Counted from the stretch's first letter, positions 27,173-40,614 are shown. The stretch is 64,000 nucleotides of DNA from Eledone cirrhosa (GCA_964016885.1 OZ024742.1:34968001-35032000); one strand, 5' to 3'. Translations and numbers: made by a program. Notes: generated by a model not told the origin, from the letters alone.

Positions 27173-27299
27173 CAGCCACTGATGAATTATAGGAGCCCAC
27201 TTGAATATATATCTATTGATGGTATACAAGCTCCTACATAAATTGGTATAATTTCACCCAAATTGTAGGAATCCTATAATGAAACGAGACGTCCGTCTG
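27173..27299 (+). ncRNA. Hammerhead motif with branched stem II
   Basis: cagcca-CTGATGA-attatagga-[two hairpins]-tcctataat-GAAA-cgagacg-TC-cgtctg; stem I has two mismatches. Confidence 0.65.
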
Positions 27300-27472
27300 G
27301 GAAGAGATATATTCGATATGTCTGATATGAAATAATACAGCCAATTTTCCACGCAATACTTTTAGTTAGCACCCCGAACGCATAATTGGGAATATAATCA
27401 CTTATTTCCTAATGTTTGTTGAACGAGTTGGAATTTGGCCGGAGTATCGCTAAAAAGCTTTCTCCGATATTG

Positions 27473-27516
<44 letters not shown>

Positions 27517-27686
27517 TAGATAGGTAAATATACACGGGTGTGTATGATTGTGTATAGAAGATTATATTAATAAGAGGAATTCCAACTTTGTCTGATTTAC
27601 TCGTTTTATTTACAATCCTTTAAAATATATATAATATGGTATTATAATGAAATAGTATGATAGAATATTAAATTCTAAGTGTTAAT

Positions 27687-27725
27687 TGAACAAGTACTTT
27701 CATGCTTTCGCAATCTTCAGGTTCA
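27687..27725 (-). ncRNA. Minimal type I hammerhead ribozyme (mirror of 31507-31545)
   Basis: Reverse complement of the 31507 motif. Confidence 0.8.
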
Positions 27726-28820
27726 TGATATGTGGTGACAGTCGAGTTTGCAATTTTCAACTGTAATGAGATGGGTAAATTTACTACCTTTTATACATTT
27801 TATACAGAGAAAAGTGGCTCCAGAATGCAAAGCCCTGTAAACTGTATTTCGACCAATCAGTGTGTAGTTTCACTGAATTACTACAGCTGATTGGTTTAAG
27901 CGTCACGGCTGGTTGAGCATGCTAACGACCAATAGTCATACCCAACGTATCAATTGTTTTGCTTTTTGAAATGATGAAAATAGCATTTTCTATTAATCAT
28001 CACCATCAACATCACTTTTATTATTATTATTATTGTTGTTGTTGTTGTTGTTAGTGGTCGTGGTCATAGTGGTAGTAGAAGTAATACCCTAGGCGTTATT
28101 ATTGTTCATTTAGCTTGGGTTTGAATTTATCAATAAAATTCTTTTCTTTGATTTTTCTCTTGATTTCACTTGGGCTGTGTAATTTGTAGAATGGGAATAT
28201 TATAAATATTCCCTGACCACATGTTGCCAGGTGGCCGCTTAGGGGTATCTGACGGACATTTGGGTCTCTGATTTGTTGACGGTGTACCCGTGCACGTTCC
28301 GATAGTGCATTTCCAGTTTGACCGACATATAGTTCTTCACAATTCGGGCATGTAATGCAGTAAATTAGATTTCTGCTTTTGCAGTTCATATTTGCATTTG
28401 GGAATATTTTTCCAGTTTTTGTTTTCATATATTGACCGGCGTGTATGGATTGACATGTGCCGCATCGATTATCATTGCATTTAGATACAGTGAATGATTG
28501 GTCTTTGTTGTTAAGGTCAAACTTTGCTTTTGTTAGCAATTGCTTCAAATTTTTTGGCTGTCTTTTACTAAGAGTCAAAGATCGATCTGTGATTAAGCCT
28601 TTTAATTCATTACTTTGAGCAATGATCGGTAGGTTTGCTAAAAATAATGCTAACAGGATTGCTAAAAATTTGCTAAAAATAATGCTAACAGGAAGAAAAA
28701 TAATATACAGAATACCAAAAATAGGACAAAATACATAACGAAACCAAATATAATATCACGACCAAAAGTTCATCAAGCGAACACCAACAGGAATATAAAT
28801 CCTGAACAGAGAAAAATTCA

Positions 28821-31133
28821 TTTTTTAACGTCAGGACAACAAAAACCGGAAAAAGAAAAACTCCAGGAGGAAACATACCCAAAACAGCTGTACACGTAGA
28901 TCCTAAAATAATTAATTTATCTAAAAGAGATCTTGACAATGATGAAATGCAAATTCTGTCAAAAGGACTGAAATTCACACCGACTCCAACAGTCAACCAC
29001 CAAGAACTGAAGGAGGATACCCAAGAATTCTGTCGAAAATTACGTCTTGTAGAATTCTTCGCTGATAAAAATAATGAGAGTGATGAATCATTAGTAAAGA
29101 ATAAATCAAATTTCACTCCGCCAAAAGGAAGAAATATTTATCTCGACCAATACATTGACATCCTGTCTAAATTTCCTCTTAGACATAATACTAATGTTAG
29201 GCCAAACATTAACAAATCAGAAATGTCTGCACTTAAACGTATACAAAATGATAAAACAATAATAATTAAACAAGCAGATAAAGGGGGTGCAGTTGTTATA
29301 ATGGATACTGAATACTACAAGGATTTGGTTGAGGAACAACTGAAAGACACAACATTCTATCATGAAATACCGTCAAATATAGACCACAACATCATGAAGA
29401 AGATCAACAACCTGGCTTCAAAATACCACAACTCATTTACTGATAAGGAAAGAGACTACATCACCAATTTTGAGCCGAAACCCAGAAACCTGTATGGCCT
29501 ACCGAAAGTTCACAAGTCAAAAGAAATACAACTGGCAGTAAGAGAACAAAACAGTGAGTACATTAAATTATTACACCCAAAAGACTTAAAACTTAGACCT
29601 ATTATAGCTGGTCCAACATGCCCCACTCACCGTCTAAGCAATTTTGTTGACATTATTTTGAAACCACTATGTATTCACATACCCAGTTTCATCCGGGATG
29701 ATATCGACTTCCTGTCCCATCTTCCCAAAACCACGGAAACGAATTCACTTCTACTCAGTTTTGATGTGGTAAGCCTTTACACCAACATTACACATGATTT
29801 AGGAATAAAGGCGGTTAAATACTGGGTGGAAAAACATAGAGAAGTGATTCCCATTAGATTCACCGCGCCATTTATATTAGACGCAGTTAAACTTATTCTG
29901 GAAAACAACACTTTCTTCTTCAATGGAAAGAATTACATCCAAATTAGAGGCACAGCGATGGGAACGAAGTTTGCTCCCGTTTACGCGAACTCTGTAATGG
30001 GATACTTAGAACAACAACTCTACCAAGAAATAGAGGAAAAATATAGTACTGACTTTAGAAAGTACATTGAAAAATCTTGGAAGAGATACCTTGACGACTG
30101 TTTCATCATCTGGACAGAATCTCTAGATACTCTGGATGAGTTCAATATCCTCCTGAATAACCTACACCCATCTCTCCAATTCACAAAAGAGATGAGTAGG
30201 ACCAAATTACCATTCCTAGATATAATGATAATCAAAAACTACACCACCATTACCACGGATATATATTATAAACACACAGACACCCATCAATATCTGAATT
30301 TTAAGTGGTGCCATCCACCTCATACAAAACGCAACATCCCATACTGCCTAGCCAGAAGAATTTGTACCATTGTAGAAGATACGAATACCAGGTACAAACG
30401 CCTAACAGAACTAAGAGAATTTTTGCTCAAACAAAAATACCCATCTCTACTTATAGAAAATGGCATACAGCGGGCTATAAAAATACCTATACAACAACTT
30501 AGAACAACCCAAGGAAGAAGAAACCAAGAACTGGTCATACCATTTATAATGACACACAACCCATGTCACCAGAATATATTCAACACTGCCAAAGCAAACC
30601 TACCGATCATTGCTCAAAGTAATGAATTAAAAGGCTTAATCACAGATCGATCTTTGACTCTTAGTAAAAGACAGCCAAAAAATTTGAAGCAATTGCTAAC
30701 AAAAGCAAAGTTTGACCTTAACAACAAAGACCAATCATTCACTGTATCTAAATGCAATGATAATCGATGCGGCACATGTCAATCCATACACGCCGGTCAA
30801 TATATGAAAACAAAAACTGGAAAAATATTCCCAAATGCAAATATGAACTGCAAAAGCAGAAATCTAATTTACTGCATTAAATGCCCGAATTGTGAAGAAC
30901 TATATGTCGGTCAAACTGGAAATGCACTATCGGAACGTGCACGGGTACACCGTCAACAAATCAGAGACCCAAATGTCCGTCAGATGCCCCTAAGCGGACA
31001 CCTGGCAACATGTGGTCAGGGAATATTTATAATATTCCCATTCTACAAATTACACAGCCCAAGTGAAATCAAGAGAAAAATCAAAGAAAAGAATTTTATT
31101 GATAAATTCAAACCCAAGCTAAATGAACAATAA
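28821..31133 (+). CDS. PLE reverse transcriptase plus C-terminal GIY-YIG endonuclease (uninterrupted frame)
   Basis: LSKGLKF, IKQADKGGAVV, LYGLPKVHK, LRPII, FDVVSLYTNI, GTAMGTKFAP, RYLDDCF, FLD, linker CNDNRCGTC, LIYCIKCPNC..YVGQT..R...H...H. Frame opens after TGA 28803; first ATG at 28947. Confidence 0.95.
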   Translation, partial: FFNVRTTKTGKRKTPGGNIPKTAVHVDPKIINLSKRDLDNDEMQILSKGLKFTPTPTVNHQELKEDTQEFCRKLRLVEFFADKNNESDESLVKNKSNFTPPKGRNIYLDQYIDILSKFPLRHNTNVRPNINKSEMSALKRIQNDKTIIIKQADKGGAVVIMDTEYYKDLVEEQLKDTTFYHEIPSNIDHNIMKKINNLASKYHNSFTDKERDYITNFEPKPRNLYGLPKVHKSKEIQLAVREQNSEYIKLLHPKDLKLRPIIAGPTCPTHRLSNFVDIILKPLCIHIPSFIRDDIDFLSHLPKTTETNSLLLSFDVVSLYTNITHDLGIKAVKYWVEKHREVIPIRFTAPFILDAVKLILENNTFFFNGKNYIQIRGTAMGTKFAPVYANSVMGYLEQQLYQEIEEKYSTDFRKYIEKSWKRYLDDCFIIWTESLDTLDEFNILLNNLHPSLQFTKEMSRTKLPFLDIMIIKNYTTITTDIYYKHTDTHQYLNFKWCHPPHTKRNIPYCLARRICTIVEDTNTRYKRLTELREFLLKQKYPSLLIENGIQRAIKIPIQQLRTTQGRRNQELVIPFIMTHNPCHQNIFNTAKANLPIIAQSNELKGLITDRSLTLSKRQPKNLKQLLTKAKFDLNNKDQSFTVSKCNDNRCGTCQSIHAGQYMKTKTGKIFPNANMNCKSRNLIYCIKCPNCEELYVGQTGNALSERARVHRQQIRDPNVRQMPLSGHLATCGQGIFIIFPFYKLHSPSEIKRKIKEKNFIDKFKPKLNEQ

Positions 31134-31506
31134 TAACGCCTAGGGTATTACTTCTACTACCACTATGACCACGACCACTAACAACAACAACAACAACAAT
31201 AATAATAATAATAAAAGTGATGTTGATGGTGATGATTAATAGAAAATGCTATTTTCATCATTTCAAAAAGCAAAACAATTGATACGTTGGGTATGACTAT
31301 TGGTCGTTAGCATGCTCAACCAGCCGTGACGCTTAAACCAATCAGCTGTAGTAATTCAGTGAAACTACACACTGATTGGTCGAAATACAGTTTACAGGGC
31401 TTTGCATTCTGGAGCCACTTTTCTCTGTATAAAATGTATAAAAGGTAGTAAATTTACCCATCTCATTACAGTTGAAAATTGCAAACTCGACTGTCACCAC
31501 ATATCA

Positions 31507-31545
31507 TGAACCTGAAGATTGCGAAAGCATGAAAGTACTTGTTCA
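31507..31545 (+). ncRNA. Minimal type I hammerhead ribozyme in PLE pseudo-LTR
   Basis: tgaac-CTGAAGA-ttgc gaaa gcat-GAAA-gtac-TT-gttca. Confidence 0.8.
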
Positions 31546-31661
31546 ATTAACACTTAGAATTTAATATTCTATCATACTATTTCATTATAATACCATATTA
31601 TATATATTTTAAAGGATTGTAAATAAAACGAGTAAATCAGACAAAGTTGGAATTCCTCTTA

Positions 31662-31727
<66 letters not shown>

Positions 31728-31739
31728 TATACACACAAG

Positions 31740-33240
31740 TAAATATATTTCCATATCATACATAGATGCATATTCTTACTCATGCAATTACGGGTAGTTG
31801 TGTATCTTGTTGCCTTTACTCATTAACGCATAAATCTAAGGAAGCTAAAACATTAAAAGGCAAAAGTAAGCATGAAAGCATATAATTAGGGGAAAGAGGT
31901 ACTAATAAATGTTACACTCTACGGAATTATAGTGAGTTGCTATTTAGAATATTAAATTAGGTTTATAGTATTTAATTAGGTTTATAGTATTTAAATGTTT
32001 TTCGTATACGGTGATTACAGACTATGATCAATTCTTGTCTTTTATTTAATAAATCGTCCTTAGATTTAGTAATTTCCAAGATCTCTCCTGAACATAATCT
32101 GCATTCCCTCCTGTTCCTAAGATATGGAGTTTTTTGTAGAATGGTGTTCCACGATAACTTGAAATCTATTTTTTTCTTTTTATAATTATTTACCGCTTCA
32201 GCTAAAGATGTGGTGTTTGCTAGTATAGTATTGTTGAAACTACTAGAGTGTGCGTAAAATCTTTTCTTAAATGTGGTTGATGTAGATCCTATATATGTTT
32301 TGTTGGAGTCTGTAGTAGACACAATGCATTTATATATTACATTATTAATCAAACAGTTTCCATTTAAGGGGCAGATGCTTCTATTTCTGCAATTACAGCC
32401 ATACGTAAGATGGTTTGTGGGGTTGCCTATACTATTCTCATTTATGCTTGAGCTATCCCTATTGTGATTAATGATATCAGGAGAATGAAGGTTGCTTTGT
32501 GGGTGGTTTGGTGCTAGAGTTGTATTGTAATTTTGTGTTCTGTTGTTTTTGTGTTGGTGATTTGGGTGGTTGTGTTTTCTAGGTTGAAGGAATGTATTAT
32601 TTGTCTTTTTAAAAGGTGCAGTCCTATTTAAATTATATTGCGGTGGCGTAGTCATATTATTTTTAAGTTTATAAATGTTGTAGTTGCTTATTTTTTGTTG
32701 GAGATTGCTTGATGTAGAGTGTGAGAATTTAACAGTATATTTGTTAAATATTTGGTGGTATCTGTGGTTTGGTGGGAAATGTTTATGTAGTATTTCAAAG
32801 AATTTTGGGGGGATTTGTCCAATAGTTTGCAGGTTGAAGGGTGCGTTGTACCATGTTATGTTTCTTTTGCGGTTTTTAGTTAAGCTTTTATTATCCCTTA
32901 TATTATTGTGTTGTGTTCTAGAAGAATTCCTATGGTTAGTGTCCTTATTTGTGTAATTTGGTAAATTATCGTGGTTTTATTTGGTGTTATTTTTGGGTAG
33001 ATTATGAGATTTTAAGCGCTTGGTATTCATATGTGGGTTGATAACATTGGTCATAGATCGTATAGTAATAGTTGTTGTGGTTTTTCGGTTGTTTGGTGTA
33101 ATAGGAATAACCACTTTAGGTATTTGCTTCAATGGTATTTTTTGGTGTTTGTAGTTTTTGTTAGGTTTTAGGTTTTGGTCCATAGTAGTGTTGGGGATAT
33201 ATGAGATTTTTTCTTTATATCCACTTCTAGATAAGGCCTT
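31740..33240 (-). mobile_element. Penelope-like element fragment (CxCx5Cx5C type; RT thumb end plus GIY-YIG)
   Basis: ORF 31972..32655: CNCRNRSICPLNGNC, VIYKC..TYIGST..FKKR, CRLC, LLNKRQE...CNH; upstream KALSRSGY and ITWYNAPF. Confidence 0.85.
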
Positions 33241-33295
33241 TACACATATACACACATACACATACATAAACATATATATATATATATATATATAT

Positions 33296-33885
<590 letters not shown>

Positions 33886-34986
33886 GTGTATATGTATATA
33901 TGGGGTACAGATGTGTATGTGTAGATATAGATATGTATGGATATGTATATATATATGATTATCTGCATGCGTGTGGATGTGTATTTAGGTTTGCAGCTAT
34001 TTGTACGTATGTATAATTTTGTTAGATATCAATATAACTGTACCTCTCTATATATATAGTGTGGATATATGCACTTTGTAAACTGTGAAATTTATGTGTT
34101 TTAACTATGCCAACGTATTTATCTGAGTTTGATTGTTTATGCATAAACATACTTAGTAATATTTTAGAGCATATAATATGCTATATTATAATAAGTACAA
34201 TTTACCACACCGTACTATATTGTGTTGGTTAAGTTGTATATTATCGCATTACTATATCTCATTATCTTATTATAATTTTCATCTCTTAATATACTATCTT
34301 TCCTAGCCATAACATTAATATATATTCATCTTAAATCTCAGTACAACACTAATCACCATTTATTTTGACATTCCTTTTAAATTCACTATACCAGATACAT
34401 TCAACTATCAGTTTTACAATCCCCTTCCTTCCTAATAGATTTTTATGCCAACTCTACTAACACCCTTCAACTATTCCTTTCAAAGGGTCATGACCTCAAC
34501 TAAAGTGTATTACTTTTCATCTTAACACCATATGAAAAAAACAATTTGATTCGTTAGTTCTTCAACAACCTCCAAATAAGGACATGATACTAACATGCTG
34601 CTAATTCTGAGTAAAATTATTATTGAATAAAAATATTATTGCTTTTGTAAACAGCTGGTGATATGCATGTAAGTATATATTCTCTCCATCTAATAGTTTG
34701 TAAACTTACATAGATCAATAACTGAGTATAGATACAATGTATTATCACCATCTAGAAACGATCGTAAAGCAGTGAAGTATATCTCTAATGACTTGATTTT
34801 TTTTTTCATTGTTTTAACTTATATCATGACTCTGTTTTCCTTTTAATGTTTTATTGTTTTCTGAGATTCATCTTAACCTTCAACATTTTCAACATATGGA
34901 TTACATCGAGTTCTTCATGCAGAATAGACCCCTCAACTTACAGTGGATACCTCTGTGTATATATATATATATACATATGTGTGTGT

Positions 34987-35028
<42 letters not shown>

Positions 35029-35111
35029 CAAAGGCATGTATTGAGTTAGAAACTCAAAATAGTCTCATTACAATAAATTAGCTCTAGGAAAGAGGTTTTT
35101 CCGAGCCGTAC

Positions 35112-35816
<705 letters not shown>

Positions 35817-35949
35817 TCAATTTAACGCAAGTATAACAATAGTTCAGAAGCTTTGGAAATTTAAACACCTGTGAAAACATTGTAATTTTCTTCAAATGTA
35901 AGAAAAAGAAAATATAACATGAAGTGTTAATGCATGACTGTGTACTATA

Positions 35950-36600
35950 CACAAAGGAACGAAACACAAAGGAACGAACACAAAGGAACGAAACTCTTAC
36001 TGCTACTACCTCCATCTCTCCCGCTCTCCCCATCTCTCACTATTATGAGCAAATAGGGGCCCGCGCACTGGCCGTCCCACGGCTCCACTGGACAGAATAG
36101 AGAAGGCGTTTCTCCGGAGGTTGATGAAGGAGATGCGCTGGAAGAGCCATTCCAGCTCGTGAGGCTCACACCAACTCTGTGCTGATGGTGTGGTGAGCAG
36201 GGAGCTAACCCTAGGGCCAACAACACCAGAAGTCTCCACTGCCACGGGCTCGTCCGTAAACCTGTCGGAGAGCGACTGATATTTAGAGAATTTACCCTCC
36301 TCGGCCCGAAGTGCAGCAGAGCCTGTGTTAGTCGCAGACTGCACCAGGTTCCCGATGGAGAATGTGTTGCTGCATGTGACATTCCAGATGAGGGCTTACC
36401 ACCGCGGAACGGGAAGATGATCGTGCCATCTGGCCTTTTGCCGTCCCTTCGGCCCAGCCCCAGCCGGCTTGAGCTGGGAGGGAAATCCTGCAACATCCAA
36501 GCTATGCTTTATGACCCCGTTTAGAGCATCTAGGACCTCCTCGGTGGGGTGGAGAACGGTCTCCTCCGAGGCGACCACTCTGACCACGGCCGAGACATCA
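35950..36600 (-). mobile_element. CRE-like (RLE) non-LTR retrotransposon 3' fragment
   Basis: GLGRRDGKRPDG, PVAVETSGVVG, WLFQRISFINLRRNA across frameshifts. Confidence 0.75.
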
Positions 36601-36767
36601 CCGTTTCTTTACTCTTTGCTCTTTTTTCTTTCATTTTCATATTTGTTTGTTTTCACCCCGAAGCTTTTAAATTATTGTTGTAATTCTTTGTATTTACATT
36701 TTGTTTTGCCCAGATGAAATAATATTTACCAGCCATATTCTACCATACTATTTTATCTATCTCACAG

Positions 36768-37895
36768 TTAAATGCAGAAGGCCAAAGAGATCTGAAAGAA
36801 AGTATTTCTTCAGTATGTGCAAACGATTCCAGTAGATATTACGGCTACAAGAAAAAGATAATTTTCCACAACCATATTTATTTCAACACTCGTCATCAAT
36901 TCATTCATTGTCTCATTGAAAAAGTTGGCTGCTCTTTCTTTAAACGCCTTTTGTACTTCTTTAGTGACTATCGACACACCCTAAAGGACCCCTTCGAAAT
37001 CAGCCTAGGAGACGCCCATGGGTTACCTAACAAAAGATTCTCCCAGTTATCGGACGAAAAAATAAAAGAAATTTTAAAAAGCTACAAGAAAATAATTTTT
37101 GTTCGTGAACCGTACTCTCGTCTGCTATCGGCGTACGTGGACAAGTTGTTTGCCAGAAGCAGTCGTTGGCAACTGCTTCTCCAGAAAATTTCAAACGCAT
37201 CCAATAATTATCGGCCTGTAAAGAAATGCTACAATGATGTCACGTTTGCCGAGTTTGTAACCTATTTTGTGCAACGCTTGACGGCCGGATACTACTTTGA
37301 CGGACATTTTATGCCTATGTATACTCACTGTAAGCCGTGCCTGATAAAATATGATTTTATTGGTAAGCTAGAAAACTTCGAAAACGATGGCCAGTATATG
37401 ATGAGCTACCTTGGTCTTCCAGATTACAAACACATAATCCAGAAAGCAAAAAATGTCAGCATTTGGGACGAACTTAAGGACGCTGCATACATTTTATTTT
37501 CAAGTGATCGAAGCTCCAACAACCCTTGCTTTAACCATTACCACTCAGCACAAAAAATGTGGCGTAGACTTCAAATTAAAGGCCTAATAAGCATTGAAAT
37601 AGACTTTCCATATTCATTGCAAACTTGGTTGAAAACCTCAAAGCAAGACTTTATAGCTACTTTAATAGAAAGTCATCGCCTTTCTGTAAAAACCGATAAG
37701 AATCTTTCAGGCAATCGAATGATGGCTTTGAGAGAAGCTTATATGGAAATCCCAGACGATACTAAATTAAAACTGAAAAAAATATTTGAACCAGATTGTA
37801 GATTGTTTAAATATGACCCCTCTCCACCATTTGTCTTCGGGAAAATTCCTTCCAAACCTTCTTTAAAATTCTTCAGACCACTAGAAGATCACTAA
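36768..37895 (+). CDS. Carbohydrate sulfotransferase (Sulfotransfer_2, CHST11-like), terminal catalytic exon, paralog 2
   Basis: Acceptor ctcacAG at 36767, open frame LNAEG...HCLIEKVGCSFFKRL, FVREPYSRLLSAYVDK, HFMPMYTHCKPCLIKYDFIGKLENFEND, stop at 37895. Confidence 0.9.
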   Translation, partial: LNAEGQRDLKESISSVCANDSSRYYGYKKKIIFHNHIYFNTRHQFIHCLIEKVGCSFFKRLLYFFSDYRHTLKDPFEISLGDAHGLPNKRFSQLSDEKIKEILKSYKKIIFVREPYSRLLSAYVDKLFARSSRWQLLLQKISNASNNYRPVKKCYNDVTFAEFVTYFVQRLTAGYYFDGHFMPMYTHCKPCLIKYDFIGKLENFENDGQYMMSYLGLPDYKHIIQKAKNVSIWDELKDAAYILFSSDRSSNNPCFNHYHSAQKMWRRLQIKGLISIEIDFPYSLQTWLKTSKQDFIATLIESHRLSVKTDKNLSGNRMMALREAYMEIPDDTKLKLKKIFEPDCRLFKYDPSPPFVFGKIPSKPSLKFFRPLEDH

Positions 37896-38184
37896 CGACA
37901 ATAATCACCACCACAACAGACCCGTCCTGCATAGATTTAAAGTCCCTAGAACAAACAAAAATAGAAGAGGATGCTGGAAGTCGAGAGTAGCAGAAAAGTC
38001 GATTGTATTGGCCCAAATACTCGACAGATACTTCATTATATCGACCAAGGAAGGAAAAAGGTAAAGTTAACCTCCGTTCGGACTCAGAACATAAAAAGAT
38101 GAAATAAGTATATCATGCCATTTGTGTCCGACGCTCCAACGACCCCGCGTCAGCATAATAAAAACAAAACAATAAATACAGCAA

Positions 38185-38360
38185 TAATTGTTTCTACTTT
38201 TGGCACAAGGCCAGCAAATACCCCAGTGCTTTATTTTATCGACCTCGTAAGGATGAAAGGCAAAGTTAACCTCGGCAGGATTTGAACTCAGACCGTAAAG
38301 GGCCGTAACTCTACGTTGCAAAGCATAGCGTCCGACCCTCTATCAATATTGTTAATCCAT
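38185..38360 (-). mobile_element. tRNA-derived SINE
   Basis: Same family as 62982-63171. Confidence 0.8.
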
Positions 38361-39569
38361 CAGCATTTCTTTCTTTCTAACATTTTACAGCAAATAAGAA
38401 GATAAGCATGAAGAGAGTTGTGGGTCAGGTGAACTGACCTAACACAGGAAGTTATGTGCTTTCTTAACATTGTACCTCTTTTAATTATGTGTACATGTGT
38501 TATAAACTCAAACACAATACAAGTATAAGCCACATTGATAAGGTATATCGTTCCGGAAATATATTGAACTATTAAATATTTCCTACGTAACATTTCAATT
38601 TCCTTGATATTTTTTTCTATTTTGTTATTCAACTTTTAATTAAATACATGAATTAATTATTAATTATATCCATGTTATAAGCTCAAACACAATGTAAGTA
38701 TAGGCCACTCATCGAGAGTTCCTTAAAATGTTCCTTTGATAAGAGATGTCACATCCGAAATATATGGAACTATTAAATATTTCTCATGTAACATTCTGAT
38801 TCCCTTGCTGTTTTTCTTTTTATTGTATATCTTTTAATTAAATATATGCGTTAATTATGACTGTTATAATCTTGCAATTGAAACATAGGTATTTTTCTTT
38901 GATAAGTGATAATCCGAAATATAAGGAGTTATTAAATATTTCCCAGGGAACATTTGCATATCCGCTTTCTGGTCTTTTCTTTTTTCGATGTTTATATTTC
39001 GTTTCTTTCTTTCCTTTTTTCTTCTTTATAGGAGCATTTTTACTTCAATAGTCATAGTTCCATTAGCATTCAGTGGAATGGAGCAACTTGAAATAAAGTG
39101 TCTTGCTGAAGGACACAATCTCCGGGAATCGAACTCACGATCGCGAACCGAAAACCTTAATTGTTAAAACTAACTCATTTTTTCACACACGCACACACAC
39201 ACAGACATACACACCTACACACACACACACACACACACACCTACACATAAAACCCCTTATTAATAGAAAGGAGGTCAGAGAAGAAAACAAAGAGAAATCA
39301 AAAGGGGATGTATTGTTATAATATTTATTTATATATTTGTATATTTATTTATTCATTCAATGGCCTCGATTTGTTTTTATGTAATGTCTTGTGAAATGAC
39401 AGATGTTCAATAACATAGTATACTTTCTATACACATCTGAAAACCAAAAAATAAAAATAATGAAAGAAAACATTATTCAACTATAAAAGCTTCTATATCA
39501 ATATCCCGTTCGTGAGGCGAAATATTGAAAGAAAACATTATTCAACTATAAAAGCTTCTTTATCTATAT

Positions 39570-40614
39570 CCCGTTCGTGAGGCGAGCCTTCCCACGACTC
39601 GTCTCGCTGACCGAGCTGCAGTCCTGGGTCAAGCAAAGACCAAGAAAAATGGGCAACTGGCACATCGAATGTGCTCAGGAGCTCCCATTCCTCTGGCAAA
39701 CGGATCCGGCGATCAGTGGAGACTCCACTTCGACATTCTATAGAGGGTTGGTCCGCAGCAAATGCGACGACGCGCTCGGAGAAACTCTGGGCGTAGAGTA
39801 AGATAAACTGGCCAGTCTGTTCGGTAGGACCTTCCGCCCGGGACCAATGGACAACTTCCAAAAGTCCATGGCCTGGCAGTGCTACCGAGGAGCTCTACCA
39901 GTTGGAGACAAGCTCTACAGACACGGGCACCCGGGCAGGGACCCTTCGAAAAAGATCTGTCCGAGATGCGTGAGCGACGAGGAAACCGTCGCGCACGCAT
40001 TTGTACAGTGCCCGGGCGTTACCGACCTGTAGGGCTATGTAGAACGACTATTGTCGCGGGTGGGACCAATCCAGTTGACCACCGAGTCCATTGTCATGAT
40101 CAAACCGCCACCCTCCTTCAAAAATGAGGGAGAGGCGGTTTTCCTATGTGTTATGGCTATGGTGAAAGAGGTTATATGGTGGACGAGGTTAAAAGGGCTG
40201 AGGTCAGACACCTTTCTCTCCGGCGAGCAACTGATTCGTTTTTTCAAATATCATTTTGGAAGAAGAATCAGGATGGAGAGAGAGGTGCTGTACCCCAGCA
40301 AATTTTATAAAAGGTGGGTGAATGTGGCAAAGATGGCCCAAGTGGTTGGGCCTTCTCTCTATATAAGCCTGTAGGTTGAGGAAAAAGAGGAAGAGAGGAA
40401 AGGAGTACTCACTCTTTGTGCTCCTGGAGATGAGGGTTGTACATTTTTTTTTCGGGGTGTGTACAACCCCTGTGTAACGCCCCCCCCCCCCTCCCATTGG
40501 GGATTTCAATTGTTATTTGTTATTTTATTAATAGTTTTATTTTCATATACCTGTATGTAAACTCCCCATGTGTATTTGTCCCCTTCTTTTGTGCCCTTGT
40601 GGCTAATAAAGAAA
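39570..40614 (+). mobile_element. 5'-truncated copy of the L1/Tx1 element with an 11-bp target-site duplication
   Basis: Homologous to 16927-17970; tttatctatat at 39559-39569 and 40615-40625. Confidence 0.9.

Larger units (their letters stand above)
27563..31669 (+). mobile_element. Young 5'-truncated Penelope-like retrotransposon (Neptune-like) with a 1.07-kb inverted pseudo-LTR (27563-28639 mirrors 30593-31669)
   Basis: ORF 28099..28578(-) is the C-terminus of 28947..31133(+) with about two amino-acid differences; 3' end runs into (TA)n. Confidence 0.95.

Noticed and set aside
28099-28578. Separate minus-strand GIY-YIG gene
   Set aside because: It is the inverted duplicate of the PLE ORF 3' end
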